From Octopus sinensis (taxonomy: Eukaryota), in assembly GCF_006345805.1 (NCBI RefSeq), contig NC_042997.1:108376001-108440000 (forward strand): 64,000 nt of DNA, read 5' to 3'. Positions 37,191-49,927 of this stretch are shown here, piece by piece. The notes below the pieces were generated by a model that worked only from the letters and a program-made list of their open reading frames with translations, made no database searches and was not told where the DNA came from. A program made the position numbers and the translations under genes. Numbering within the stretch: the stretch's first letter is position 1; each line of letters begins with the position of its first letter.

Positions 37191-38631
37191 ATTTCCAATC
37201 TTCCGTGAAAATATTCCTAGCTATGGAGAAATAGTGCCTCACTTGGAAACAGGTGATGCTTGGTGATAGGCGGGGCATCCAGCGATAGAAAATCTGCCTC
37301 AGTGAATTCCATCTAACCCATGTAAGCATGGAAAAATGGATGTTAAATTGATGATGAGGGTGATGATGATGATGGTGATGATTGGTGAGTCTTTCTACTT
37401 TTATGGCAACCCCTTTTGTGCTGGTGCCACAATAATTCTACTGACCAAATAAGGATGTAGGGTGAAGGAGATCTTTTAGAGTTGCCTGGGACATAGCAAT
37501 GCTCCTCCAGGGCCAGTACCCTTATAAGGTACACTCAGTGAAGTGGTTGGTGTTAGATACAGCATCCTGCTGTGGAGATACGAATCAAAAAAGAAAGGAA
37601 GCTTATGAGTGAGATGTGGTTCTCCAAGCTGTCTTGGAGAAAAATATGTTTAACTGATGCCAGAATGGAAAGGGAGTCTGAAGCAATAAGGAAGATGATG
37701 ATAGATGTAGATGTGTGTGTGTGTGTGTGTTTGATCAGGTCAAACAACATCCTCCATTTTCTACAGAAATCCAAGCGACACAACTTATGGTTGATTTGTC
37801 TTTTCTTCTTCAAGAAGGTTTTGGTTTGTTTTGTTTGTTGTCAGTAAAAATGTCAGCAGTGATAGAAAAGGAAGAATAAAATGGAGAATGAAAAGAAAGA
37901 AGAGAAAGAAGGAGATGGAAGAGGGTGGGAGAGAAGAGGAAGAAAAATTGATGATAAATGAAGAGAATTGGGTCTCCATTCCAATTTGCTTCCAACATTT
38001 CTTTATGAGAATTGGTCTCCCTTCAGGGAATTTATTACATGGCAGTCACAACCACATTCCTGTTGCAGGAACATGAGAAATGGTAACAGTGATGACAACT
38101 TACAGAAAACCTGCAATGACGATTCTAACATTGACTCAAGAATTGGTGCTGCATACATTCCATTTACCATTTTTATTGCTTCAGACTAATGACATGTCAC
38201 TAATGCAATCAATAAATCATCATCATCGTCATCATAGTCGTCATCATCGTCGTCATTTAACATCCATGTTCCATACATATTAAATGACAATGCTATACAC
38301 AGACACACATACGTATATAGGTTTCAAAATTACCCCCCGCCCAAAGAAAAATACCAAATGTAAAGCAAAAAATACAAACACAGGTGAGGAAAAAACAAAT
38401 GAGGTGGATTAGTTTCACATGCAGGAAAAATGGAAGAGTCTTTGATGTTTCGAGCCTATATTCTTCGACAGAAAGGATTGAGGAGGGAAAACAGATGGAA
38501 ACGGAGAGAAAAAAATAACGTCTGGATAACTGTTGCGCATGTTCAATTGACCAGAAAGAAGAAAACGGCTGGATATGTGTGTGTGTTGTGTGTGTGTGTG
38601 TGTATGTATGTATATATCTATCTATCTATAA

Positions 38632-38699
<68 letters not shown>

Positions 38700-38700
<1 letters not shown>

Positions 38701-39463
38701 TCATCATCATCATCATTTAATGTCTGCTTTCCATGCTAGCATGGGTTGGACGATTTGACTGACGACTGGTGAACCAGATGGCTGCTTCAGGCTCTATCTA
38801 ATCTGGCAGAGTTTCTACACGTGGATGCCCTTCCTAACGCCAACCACTCTGAGAGTTTAGTGGGTGCTTTTAAAGTGCCACCGGCACGAGGGCCAGTCTG
38901 GCAGTACTGGCAACGGCCATGCTTGAAAATGGTGTTTTTTACATTCCACTTGCACAGGAGTCAGTCCAGTAGCACTGGCAATGACCTCACTTGAATGTTT
39001 TGTTCACGTGCCAGTGGGGCAACACTGACAATGATCATACACAAATGGTGCACTTTACATGCCAGACAGCTGCGATCCTGCTTGGATGGAATTGTCAGTG
39101 TTCCACTGGCATGGGTGCCAGTCATCAAATTTGGTTCAATTTCAATTTCACTTGGCCCAACAGGTCTTCGCAAGCAGAGTTTAGTGTCCAATGAAGGGAG
39201 GTTGGCATGGGTGCCAGCCGTCGAATTTGGTTCGATTTTGAATTCAATTTCGATTTCACTTGCCTCAACAGGTCTTTGCAAGCAGAGTTTTGTGTCCAAA
39301 GAAGGAAAGGTATGCATAAGTGGGCTGGGTACATCCTGGTAAAGGCCATGGGTTATGGTCTCACTTGTCCTTCTGGGTCTTCTCACGCACAGCATATATC
39401 TAAAGGTCTTGGTCGCTAGTCATTGCCTCAGTGAGGCCTAATGTTCGAAGATCATGCTTGAAG

Positions 39464-39465
<2 letters not shown>
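38700..39465 (-). mobile_element. RTE-family 3' end with unit array and end of ORF2
   Basis: Tail at 38700, ~4 units, a duplicated aatttcacttg(g/c)c(c/t)caacaggtct segment, and the ORF2 end ...gttcgaagatcatgctt. Confidence 0.9.
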
Positions 39466-39504
<39 letters not shown>

Positions 39505-39569
39505 GAGAATTCACAAAAAAACAAGATGAAGACAGGTGGTGTAGACAACAAACAGATGTATTAGTATAA

Positions 39570-39910
39570 CTCTTGTATGGTTCACTTGCAGTTTGTGACA
39601 CTGCAAAGAAAGAGACATGGCAGTGTCACTATGAAAGGCTGCTAGATGTAGAGAACTCATGGCAGAAGGAGAGTTTACCCAATGTGGATCCAGCAGAGGG
39701 ATATCAGCAATCCAAATAGACAGTAACTTTGTAGAGAAAGTCACATGAAAGATATGAAGGTGAGGAAAGCCCCTGGCTCATCAGAAATAACCACTGAGAT
39801 GCTTAAAATATCTGGTGGTGTTGGTTATGGTCTAGTCATCCGTATACTTAATTGGGTGGTACAGAAAGGGGTCATTCCCAATGACTGGTGTAGCAGCACC
39901 ATAGTCAACT
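39570..39910 (+). mobile_element. RTE LINE internal fragment
   Basis: KAPGSSEITTEMLKISGGVGY...IPNDWCSSTIVNC. Confidence 0.85.
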
Positions 39911-39984
39911 GCTGCTGCTGCTGTTGCTTCTTCTTCTTCTCTTCTTCTTCTTCTTCTTCTTCTTCTTCTTCTTCTTCTTCTTCT

Positions 39985-40600
39985 TTGTTAGGTGGTATGA
40001 TTTCTTGTTTGTATTTGTCAGCTTCCTTAAATAATGAGAACAATTTTTTGTTTTGCTCCTGTTTTGTCGCTATTTGTATCAGTTTTCCTTGCTTCTGAAG
40101 TAGATATTTTTGCAGTCCTATGGTGGTTATTTTATAATAGTTTTCCAGCTGTATAAGGCATCTACCACCTTCAATACGTTGTATATATAACCTTTCTATG
40201 TCAGCTTTTGGATGGTGCATCCTAAATCCTGTCATTATTTTTCTTGTTTTCCTGTCTATTTTCGTTAGTTCATTTAGTGCCCAGTTAAGGATATTGTAGT
40301 TGTTACTTATAACTGGGACAGCTAGTGTGGTGATACCTATAATCTTGTTTTACGCATTGAGCTCTGTTTTCAGCATTGATCTAACTTGTATATAGTATTC
40401 TTTCTTTATTTTCTCTTTCATTTGTATGTGTTGTATCATATCTAGTTCATTGATTCCTAAATATTCGTGTGTCTGGCTTTGGTCTAATTCTCTTATTTCA
40501 TTTGCTTTATCTAGTGTGATGTTACTACTCTTAACTAGTTTTCCTCTTTTCAGGGTTGCTTTAGTACATTTTTCTAAGCCAAATTTCATTTTATTTCTTT
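39985..40600 (-). mobile_element. R4/Dong-like non-LTR retrotransposon fragment
   Basis: MKFGLEKC...YLGI, ELNA and HHPKADIERLY...EGGR.L motifs characteristic of R4/Dong-type RT C-terminal regions. Confidence 0.75.
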
Positions 40601-41738
40601 GGTAAATCCATGTACTGTCTGTAGTAGTGTTTCCAGCTGTTTGTTATAAACTTTCATTATCAGACACAAGATTCCCTCCTCCTCCAATGCCCCTCCTCTC
40701 TCAGAGGTTCCTTGTCTTGCAAAGTCACTTGGTGACCCTACCAGTGCTGGTACCATTTAAAACGCATCCAGTCCACACTGTAAAGTGGTTGGCATTTGGA
40801 AGAGCATCCAGCTGCAAAGACCATGCCTAAACTGACCTCGTCTGTGCAAGTGCCACATAAAAAGCACTCAGCCCACACTACAGAATGGTTAGTGTTAGGA
40901 AGGGCATCCAGCTGTAGAAAAAACCATGCTGAAATAGACACAGAAGCATGATGGCAGTGACTCCTGCCTGGCCATCTCTTGTCAAGCTGTCCAATCCATG
41001 CCAGCATGGAAGGAGGATGTTAAATGATGATGATGATGATGTATGTATACGCACTCACACACACACACACATACACACGTAAAATGTGAGTGTAAAACTT
41101 TTCCTCTCCTCCTCCTCCTCCTCCTCATCATCATCATCACCATCATCATCATCAACAACTTACTAGAAACAAGAAGTTAGTACTAACTGTAGCTAACATC
41201 CCCACCCTGCTTCCTTCTTTGTATGGGGAGGGGGTGAGGGATTCATTTTCTTTTCTATTTTTTGTTTTTGTTCACAAAATGAAAGAATTCCATAAAATCT
41301 CGACTAACCAACTGACTTATCTCTCCATTTTCTGAGATTGTCAAAAAACAAGCTAAATGTCAAGAATCTTGTGGAAAGAGGGAAATGGTTTCAATTAGGC
41401 AAATTGCTCGTTATCTTCTCACTTGTAGGTATTACTTAACATTAGTTGTTTATTAGTCTTTATCTTCATCATTAGATGTTGCGCTTGTTATTGTTCTTGT
41501 TGATGTTGTCATCTTCAACGCCTCCTCTTTCTTATTCTTCCTCCTCCTCCACCTCATCACTATCATCATTATCATCATCATCAACATTGTGTTATATGAC
41601 TAGAAGAAAAGTACAAAATAACCACTGTAAGAGTACATTAGTACACACACACTCACATACCTTGTATTTGTATAAATATTTGAATACTTTCACATATTCT
41701 CAGCAGTGCCAGGAATAAAATATAAAAATTAACTTCCA

Positions 41739-41900
41739 TCTATAATAATAAAAGCAAAATTCTGTCTGTCCGTCTGGGAAACCCCTTATCTCAGTCTATG
41801 TTTCCTCTATGTAGACATATTATACCTTTCTGGAATCAGAATGTTCCCAGGATTGAAAATCTGCCCTTCATTTGGTTCTTCAACATCCAGCATTGGGATC
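41739..41900 (+). mobile_element. possible Helitron 5' end
   Basis: A|TCtataataataaaagcaaaattctgtctgtccgtctg resembles non-autonomous Helitron 5' termini; the extent is uncertain. Confidence 0.4.
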
Positions 41901-42832
41901 TGATTTAAAAGCATTTGGGTTGCTATTTCTAGTGGGTTGGCTGATTTATACCATTTTGGTGGCATTTGTCAGATGATGTCAGAGATGAAGGGAGAGATAA
42001 ATGACATTTGCTTTGTTAATTTTATGTTGAGATAAGAATTCTTGGACAAATTGACCAACAGTTGGAATTCACCTTGGGACTAGAACAATAGAGTGATTGC
42101 ATTACAGAACTCATTCTCATCCACCCTTAACCTCTGATCAAACACCACCAGGCCATATGGTAATTATTGACGTATTATAGTCATGCTATTTAGCTGTCTT
42201 TAGTTTTGAGCCACAGGACCAATTAGCCCTCCGCAGGAGCTGGCTTAAAAGTCTGCACAGAGTGAAGCTTTTAAGCTAGTTTATGATGATAACCAATTAT
42301 TAATTTTTTACCATAATTATTGCATTTCTAAGTCAATGTAAAATAGATTCCTGGTACCTGTGAGAAAACACTCAAATATTGGAACATTTGCGTGTGTGTG
42401 TGTGTATGACTACTTCAAATTTAGCTTATATTTTTTCATATATATTGTGTTACACACATCTATCTCTCCATCCCCACCTCCCAGCCATTCTACTATCTCA
42501 AAATATCTCCCTTCACACTCTTATGAAACATCCCTCTTTATCCCTTCTCTGCTACTTATATTCCCCACCATTGTTCCCAATAGTTAGGCCACTCCCCCTC
42601 TCTCTCTCTGTTTATCTCTCTCACCTCTCTTCCCTTCCTTATCCTGCTTGGGTAGCCAAGTATTTCCTCTGTAGCAAGACAGCTATACTTGTCCCTCTAT
42701 CATATTCGCCTGGCACACAGTTGCACCCACTCTTGCAGCTGACAGGTCCTTGTCTTGCAAACTGCTTGGTGACCTCTTTGGTGCTGGTGCCACGTAAAAA
42801 GCACCCAATACATTACATAAAGTGGTTGGCTT

Positions 42833-42895
42833 TACCACCGAATAGTCACAAATCCATTACAGACAATGTAGTGGATTTGTGACTTTTCGGTGGTA
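42833..42895. other. 63-nt near-perfect hairpin
   Basis: 28-bp stem (42833-42860 with 42868-42895), one T-T mismatch and one G-U pair, 5-7 nt loop. Confidence 0.9.
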
Positions 42896-43570
42896 CAGAA
42901 GTATTTTTTGACTTCTATAATTAGCGATATAGGTACTCATGTAGTACCCTTGTGTATATATGTACATATTTGGTATTGTATGTATATATTTTATTAATTT
43001 GCCTGTATGGCTAATAATTCGCTTGCCACTTGTGATGGTATTTTAATAATACTATCCCAATATTTATTTATTTATATATGTGTGTGTGTGTGTGTGTGTC
43101 CTATGAGTTAACTTGGGATCCCTTGACAGCAATGTAACTTTCATTTAACCGAGGTATCTTCAGCCTGATAAGTAGCTAGTGAAGTACCCCTCATTGAGTA
43201 ATTATTACTTCCGAGGTTCTGTTAGCTAGAAACATATGTAGCCTGGATTTTACCTGCACCATTCCCTTATTTGGGATTTTTATTGGCATACATAGCAACC
43301 CCAGCTGCTAATTGAGCACTATAAAATAACTTTTTTTCAGTTTATCAAACTTTGATATGGGAAAACTTTTCAACCTTTTATGCCACATAAACTCCTATTG
43401 TTCTTCAAAGTTGGTTTTTATCCCTTCTACAGACTGCTTGAAGCTTACTGACTTCCTGCAACTGGATCCTTGGATTTTACCTTTACATATCATTATATAT
43501 TTATATATAACATCAATAATGCACATATTGCGGTATATAATATCAATAAAATGTTTCCATATGTATCGTA

Positions 43571-43900
43571 CTAGCTGAGTAACCCATCATTACTGGGTAA
43601 TTTTCACAATAAAATGTCTTGGTGCACTTTTGGAATATCATACCTACATAAGTTGGATTCTCTTCATTTTGACAGGGATTTAAAAAATTTTTTTGGTCAC
43701 CATATCCTGGCAAATGATGAAGGAAGTGTTTCTTATGAAAAATAATTTTTGAAAATTCATGAATGTTTTTTCAACCCTCCCCCACTCAGTTCCAATTTTG
43801 TCCAATTGTTGCACCATACCCTTAAAAATGATGGAAGAAGCCTTGTCAGTTTGAAAAAAAGAATGGGGGAAATTACAACCTTCACTTCTTTTATTTTCAA
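43571..43900 (-). mobile_element. possible non-autonomous Helitron 3' end
   Basis: The minus strand ends ...cagCTAG|T, with a short hairpin accca-N7-tgggt (43582-43598) just inside it. Confidence 0.5.
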
Positions 43901-44399
43901 ACAGAAAATGAAATGAAATTTAAAAACAATAATAGCATTTTTTTAAATGTTTTTATTAACTGACCTCTAAAATATTTTAAATCATAGTTTTTAAACATGG
44001 ACAGTTTGAATCTGCAATTTGTTTGTGTTTGCAATTTCAAAATAATTTTCAACTAAGATGAGTTAAGGGAGATTTAGCTGTTGTTTTTAGGATATCCTAT
44101 GACCACCTGGTACCTTCCTAGTTTCTTTGTCACTTTGGCATGCATTGATGTTTTTCAATATTTTTCCCCTCATAAACACATTTTATGGAATGATGATGCG
44201 GTGGTCCATTACTGGGATAAGCAACAACAAAAAAATATGTTACTTAATTTTTACCCCACCCAGCATCAAATGAACCTGTGTAAGTGGGTGTGTAAGAAAA
44301 AGCATGTTTTCTTGCAGAAAAATATGCTATTAAAATAAATGATCTTTTACATACCTTTTCTTTAAATCACTCTGTTGCCCTAATGAAACTCCTTACTGG

Positions 44400-45690
44400 C
44401 ACAGGAGCCAGAGGGGGCTGGCATCAACCATGATCAGATAGTGCTTTTTATGTGCCACCGGCATAGGGACCACAACTACAACTTCCATTTGATTGTGATT
44501 TGATTTAATTTTATTTTGATATTGATGTACTTGACTCAAGCAAGGCATGTCACCCTACGATTCAAGGTACTTTTTAAGTGGACTGGTTATGCAACACTGG
44601 TGTAGGTTACAGCTGTGATCTCACTTTATTTGCCGAGTCTTCGCAGTCACAGCATATCTCCAGAGTTCTTGGTCTTTTGTCATTGCCTCTGTGAGGCTCA
44701 ATGTTTGAAGGTCATGCTTCACCCCCTCGTCCCATGTCTTCCTGGATCTACCTCTACCCCAGATTCCTTCCATTATTTGGGAGTGGCACTTCTTCACACA
44801 GCTCTCCTCATCTATCCATAGGACATAACCATACCAACACAAACGTTCTCTCTTGCACTACACATCCAATGCTTCTTATGTCCAACATTTCTCTCAGGGC
44901 ACTTACACTCTGTCGTGTGTACACACTGACATTACACATCCAGCTTTATCTACCAGGGTGCTGTCTATTCGGATTGCTGGTCCCTCTTTCTGGGTCAACA
45001 TTTAGCAGGCTCTCTTACTCCCATTCATTCTCCACATTCAGCAGTCTTTTATAATGGCATTTTCCAAACTGCTTTCTTTGCAGAGTCATTAAATGCAAGT
45101 GTGCCATCATCTATGTGGACACATTTCTCTCCTGTGACATCACAATTTTCTTTCACACACTGTCTTGCAATCTGAAATACTTCAGTCCTTTGGTCCTCAT
45201 GTTGCTGGACATTGGTAAACTTCTTTTCTGCTTCTCCCTTGGCTATATATACCTGTTGCCCAGCCTCCCTTCTGGCTATATGGTACAGTTCACTGTTACC
45301 CCCATTCCAGGATTTCCAGGCCTGTTTCTTTGCTCTAATGGCTTTGTCTACCGTATTTTTCCACCACTACATTACTCTAGGTCTGGAAGGGACTTTGCAC
45401 CATCCACAGACTTGGTCTGTGGTACTCAGTAAGCTGTCCCATAGGATTGGTCTCTTCTTAGCATCCTTCTAGCCTCAAGTCTAAAGTCACTAATGACTAG
45501 TCTATGCAGGGGAGTACATTCTTCAGCCGGGAGGGTCTTTGTATTTAAGATCAACCCTGCATCCTGCTGTCTGGTGAGGATGAAATCAATCTGGCTAGCA
45601 GAGTCCCCTGATTGATAGGTTATTAGGTGGCTGTCTGGCTTCCTGAAGTTAGTATTGCAGATAAAACAGATAAAGTTGGTGTAGTTACTA
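44400..45690 (-). mobile_element. RTE LINE deletion derivative lacking the RT core
   Basis: Endonuclease end (CNTNFRKPDSHLITY...QIDFIL...HRLVISDF) and linker join at ~44944 directly to the post-RT region (WMCNVSV...GRGRSRKTW). Confidence 0.85.
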
Positions 45691-46377
45691 TTGATGCCAA
45701 ACTAACACAGATTAGCGTTTTGGTAGAACAGGTTGGGTCTCTCAGGTAAAAGGCAAAGGGAGAAGACATGAAGAAGTGGGGTGAATATACCCAACAAGAT
45801 GAAATGGAGAGTTTGCAGAAAGTTTGTAAGTTTGAAGGAAGGAAAGTCTTTGTGAATTCTCTTAGAGAGACAATGAGAAGATACCATTGAAAACAAGGAA
45901 TTGGTGAGAATGTGTTGCAGGATTGTGGAATTGGTTTGGAAACAAACGATTGTTTCTTGAATAATGTTTCTATTCTTTGTCCAGCCTGTTGTTGCCATTT
46001 GTAAGAATATCGTTTGAGTGAGGTGAATCTTTGCATTTCTTTGCTGTTTTCTTGAGGAATGAACTATTTTTAGATTCTGGAGTGAAAACTCAACAGTTGT
46101 GATACAATGTCATCACTAGCGTTGTTGTCATCATTACTACCAGCACCAGCAGCAGCACCACCACCACCACCACCAGAATCATCATCATCAACCACTTGTC
46201 AGTGCCACTTTCGTTCAAACAGTCTGCTAGACACCATATTGCTACTTGAAGCAATTCTTTCTCATCTCATCTACAAGAGACGTAATTCTAAGATCTGACC
46301 TCATCCCTTCTAACACTAACACACACTCGCATGTATGTGTACATGCATATATGCGAATATATATGCACATACATACA

Positions 46378-46417
<40 letters not shown>

Positions 46418-47049
46418 CATCATCATCATCATCATCATCATTTATCATCCTCCTTCCATGCTCGCTTGGATTGGACAGTTTGACAGGAGATGGCCAGGCA
46501 GGAGCCTGCACCATACTTCTGTGTCTCTTTTGGCACAGTTTTACAGCTGGATGCCCTTCCTGGCACCAACCATTCAGTAGAGTGGGCTGAGTGCTTTTTG
46601 CATGACACTCGCACAGACAAGGTCAGTTTTGGCATGGTCTTTACTGCTGGATGCCCTTCCAGATGCCAATCACTTTACAGTGTGGACTGAGGGTGCTTTT
46701 TAAGTGGCACCGACACTAGCATATTCTTTTATTATTATATTTGTTTCAGCCATGTGGCTGTGCTCATACTGGAGCACCACTGTGGTTTTGCACAGTTTCT
46801 TATGATTATCACTTGGCTGATTTCATCAGGCTTCACGCCACCACTCCCGTATGTGCCTTTGTCCCAGCTGTTGGCTCGAGAGTTTGATTCTTATATATAT
46901 GAAGAGCATAGGAGCGAAACGTAAAAGACTTTCTCACCTTCCCAAGCGTCAAACTAATACACCTGTTTGTTGTTCATAGACCTGTCATTTTTTTCTGTAA
47001 ATTTCAACTATATACATATATATGTGTGTGTGTGTGTGTACATGTATAT

Positions 47050-47492
47050 AGATATAACATCATCATCATCATCACCGTTTAATGTCTGCTTTCCATGCTA
47101 GCATGGGTTGGATGATTTGACTGAGGGCTGGCGAACCAGATGGCTGCACCAGGCTCCAATCTGATCTGGCAGAGTTTCTACAGCTGGATGCCCTTCCTAA
47201 CGCCAACCACTCCGAGAGTGTAGTGGGTGCTTTTACGTGCCACTGGCACGAGGGCTAGTCAGGCGGTACTGGCAATAGCCATGCTTAAATGGTGTTTTTT
47301 ATATGCCAGCTGCACAGGAGCCAGTCCAGTGGCACTGGCAATGACCTCACTCGAATGTTATTTCACGTGCCAGTAAGGTGACACTGATAACGATCACACT
47401 TGAATGGTGCTTTTTATGTGCCACTGGTATGGAAGCCAGTTAGCTGCTCTGGCAATGATCACACTCAGATGGTGCTCTTAGTGCTCCACTAG
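47050..47492 (-). mobile_element. RTE-family 3' end with ~4 units
   Basis: Tail and units near-identical to 33950-34400. Confidence 0.9.
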
Positions 47493-47523
<31 letters not shown>

Positions 47524-47568
47524 AAACAAGTCAAAAATAGAAAATGCTAAAATAATTTTATAGTGAAC

Positions 47569-47613
47569 ATTTCAGTACCGGTTTCGGTCATTTTGAGACC
47601 TTTTCAACTGTAA
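47569..47613 (-). ncRNA. type I hammerhead ribozyme motif (left arm)
   Basis: Identical motif in the inverted copy. Confidence 0.75.
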
Positions 47614-48082
47614 CGATTAAATAATTAAATTTAGAAAAATTAGAAGAAAAGTTTTTTTAAATAATATTTCTATAGTAGTGTTCAGATTTAAGTGGCATTC
47701 TGCCTTTCTCTGACTCCCTTGTTTGCACTTGTGTGTTCGAGGTAGTTGTGAGTTCTTGGTAGGGTAGTAGAGGGAAGGCTGGTGAGGAAAGGGGGGTGGG
47801 AGAATCTGGAGTGCCCTGATGGTCGTATTTTGAATGGTCAGTGGCGGCTGGCAGTCTCAGTTCAATTCAGGAGAATATTTATATTGACAGGCTTGTTTAT
47901 AGAATTAGCGTAGGTGTTATACTAAAAAACATTAGTGACAAAGTTAAGGGGTAGGGGGTGGAGAAGTAGAAGAAGAAGAAGAAGAAGAAGAAGGAGAAGG
48001 AGAAGATGATGATGATGGTGATGATGGTGGTGATGATGGTGGTGATGATGATGACGCCGATGATGATGATAATGATGATGAT

Positions 48083-48114
<32 letters not shown>

Positions 48115-48406
48115 GGTGGTGATGATGGTGGTGATGATGGTGGTGATGATGATGACGCCGATGATGATGATAATGATGATGATGAAGAAGAAGAGGAAGA
48201 AGAAGAAGAAGAAAAAAACAGAGAAAGGAGAATATGAATGGGTGTAAATATAGCTATGAAGGGGCTGATTAGTAATGGATTCTATGGAGTGTAGTATTTG
48301 TGTGTGTATATATATTTTTTTCTTTTATTCTAAAGTTGAGGTATATTAATTGTTTGTCGTAGACCCGTTAAGAAGTGGCTTGTATTTTGTAATAAAGAGA
48401 TTTTCT

Positions 48407-49927
48407 TTACTTATTGTACTTTATTGAGGTTGTATCGTCCCTAAATTGGTAGAGGGGGAAAATTCTGAAGTTTGGTGTTTTTTTGTTGGCGCAAGTATCT
48501 ATGTGTTGGCTAAAAGCTATTTTTCTGTTTTGGGGAATTTTTATCTGGGATCTGTGCAGGGCCATTCGTTTACGCAAACTATTTTTTGTTTGACCTATGT
48601 ACTGCTCTTGACACCCGGAGCAGGTTAGTGAGTATATTAGGTTCTCCGAAGCACATGTGAAGTTGCTTTTCACTGTAAACCATTGTCCCTGTTTGAAGGA
48701 GAACTCAGAACCCTCGATTAGATAGTCGCATATCCCGCAATTGGGTCTTCCACATTTTTTTACTGTCGGCTTCTGTGTTGAAGAGTGAATTCGGGCTTGT
48801 GTAAGGAGACTTTTCATGGATCTAGGCTGTCTTTTGCTTTTTATGATCGTGTGTGTTTGGAGGATTGTGTTCATTCTGTGGTCTTTTTTTAGGAGGGGTA
48901 TGTTGTGGAGGATGGTGTCGAAGGCTTCGTTATTGAGAGGGTTGTGTGTGGAGATGTATGGTAAGGCTTTTGGTTGTAAGTTTTTCTTTGATTTGGGATG
49001 TCTCAGTTCCTTGATGTTAAGTTGAAGGGCACGTTGAATGCACTTGTCAATAAGTGAAGGTGGATAGTTCCTGGTGATTAGGGTATCTTTTAGTTCTTGT
49101 AGTCGTGTGTCTCTGGTGTTTGCGTTAGAGACTATAGTGCATATCCTTTTTGCTAGATTGAAGGGGATATTCATCCTGGTGTGTCTGGGGTGGCATGAAT
49201 TGAATGGAAGATATTGCTTAGAGTCTGTAGGCTTATAGTATATGTCTGTTTCTATTATATTATTAGCTTTCTTAATGAGGATATCGAGGAAGGGGAGTTG
49301 TTGTTGGTTATATTCCATCGTGAATTGGATGTTTACGTCCAGTCCGTTTAAAATTTTCTGGAATTCTATGAGTTTTTCTATATTTTTATGCCAAAGGATG
49401 AAACAGTCATCTAGATATCTCTTCCAGTTGTTTTCTATGTAGATGGAGAAAGGGCTGCCATATCTTTCTAGAACCTTACGATACAGACTGATCTCTAGGT
49501 ATCCTATGACTAGGTTGGCCAAGGAGGGGGCCATTCGTGTACCCATCGCAGTCCCCGATTTTTGTCGGTAGAAGTTGTCATTGAAGGCGAAGAAGTTATT
49601 TTCCAGGATGAATTTAACCCCTTCTATCACAAATTCTTTTTTGATGCGGTGTGGTAGTTCGTTGGCGTGATTCTCTAGCCAGAATTGGATTGCCTCTAGT
49701 CCTAGGTTGTGGGGGATATTGGAGTAGAGGTTGACTACATCGAAGGATACCAGTATGGTGTTTTTGTTTATAGTATTCGGTAGGTGATTGAGCATATCTA
49801 AGTCGTCCCTTATATAGCTTTTGACATGTTTGAGGAGTGGTTTTAACAGGGTGTCTAAAAAGTTACTGAGGCGGTGGGTTTCGCATGCGGGACCTGCTAT
49901 TATGGGTCTCAATTTGAGGTCATTAGG
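48407..49927 (-). CDS. PLE polyprotein: RT (5'-truncated) + Cys linker + GIY-YIG endonuclease
   Basis: LRPIIAG, SFDVVNLYSNIP, QKSGTAMGTRMAP, RYLDDCF, LPFLDI, YYKPT, CGRPNCGIC, NLIYSLTCSGC.EQYIGQT. Stop-free for over 500 codons; a likely frameshift near the C-terminus puts KENLFITKYKPLLN in another frame. Confidence 0.9.
   Translation of the reverse strand, partial: PNDLKLRPIIAGPACETHRLSNFLDTLLKPLLKHVKSYIRDDLDMLNHLPNTINKNTILVSFDVVNLYSNIPHNLGLEAIQFWLENHANELPHRIKKEFVIEGVKFILENNFFAFNDNFYRQKSGTAMGTRMAPSLANLVIGYLEISLYRKVLERYGSPFSIYIENNWKRYLDDCFILWHKNIEKLIEFQKILNGLDVNIQFTMEYNQQQLPFLDILIKKANNIIETDIYYKPTDSKQYLPFNSCHPRHTRMNIPFNLAKRICTIVSNANTRDTRLQELKDTLITRNYPPSLIDKCIQRALQLNIKELRHPKSKKNLQPKALPYISTHNPLNNEAFDTILHNIPLLKKDHRMNTILQTHTIIKSKRQPRSMKSLLTQARIHSSTQKPTVKKCGRPNCGICDYLIEGSEFSFKQGQWFTVKSNFTCASENLIYSLTCSGCQEQYIGQTKNSLRKRMALHRSQIKIPQNRKIAFSQHIDTCANKKTPNFRIFPLYQFRDDTTSIKYNK

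Noticed and set aside
37997-38052. Possible exon after ccttcag with donor GTAACA
   Set aside because: No frame gives a recognisable domain.
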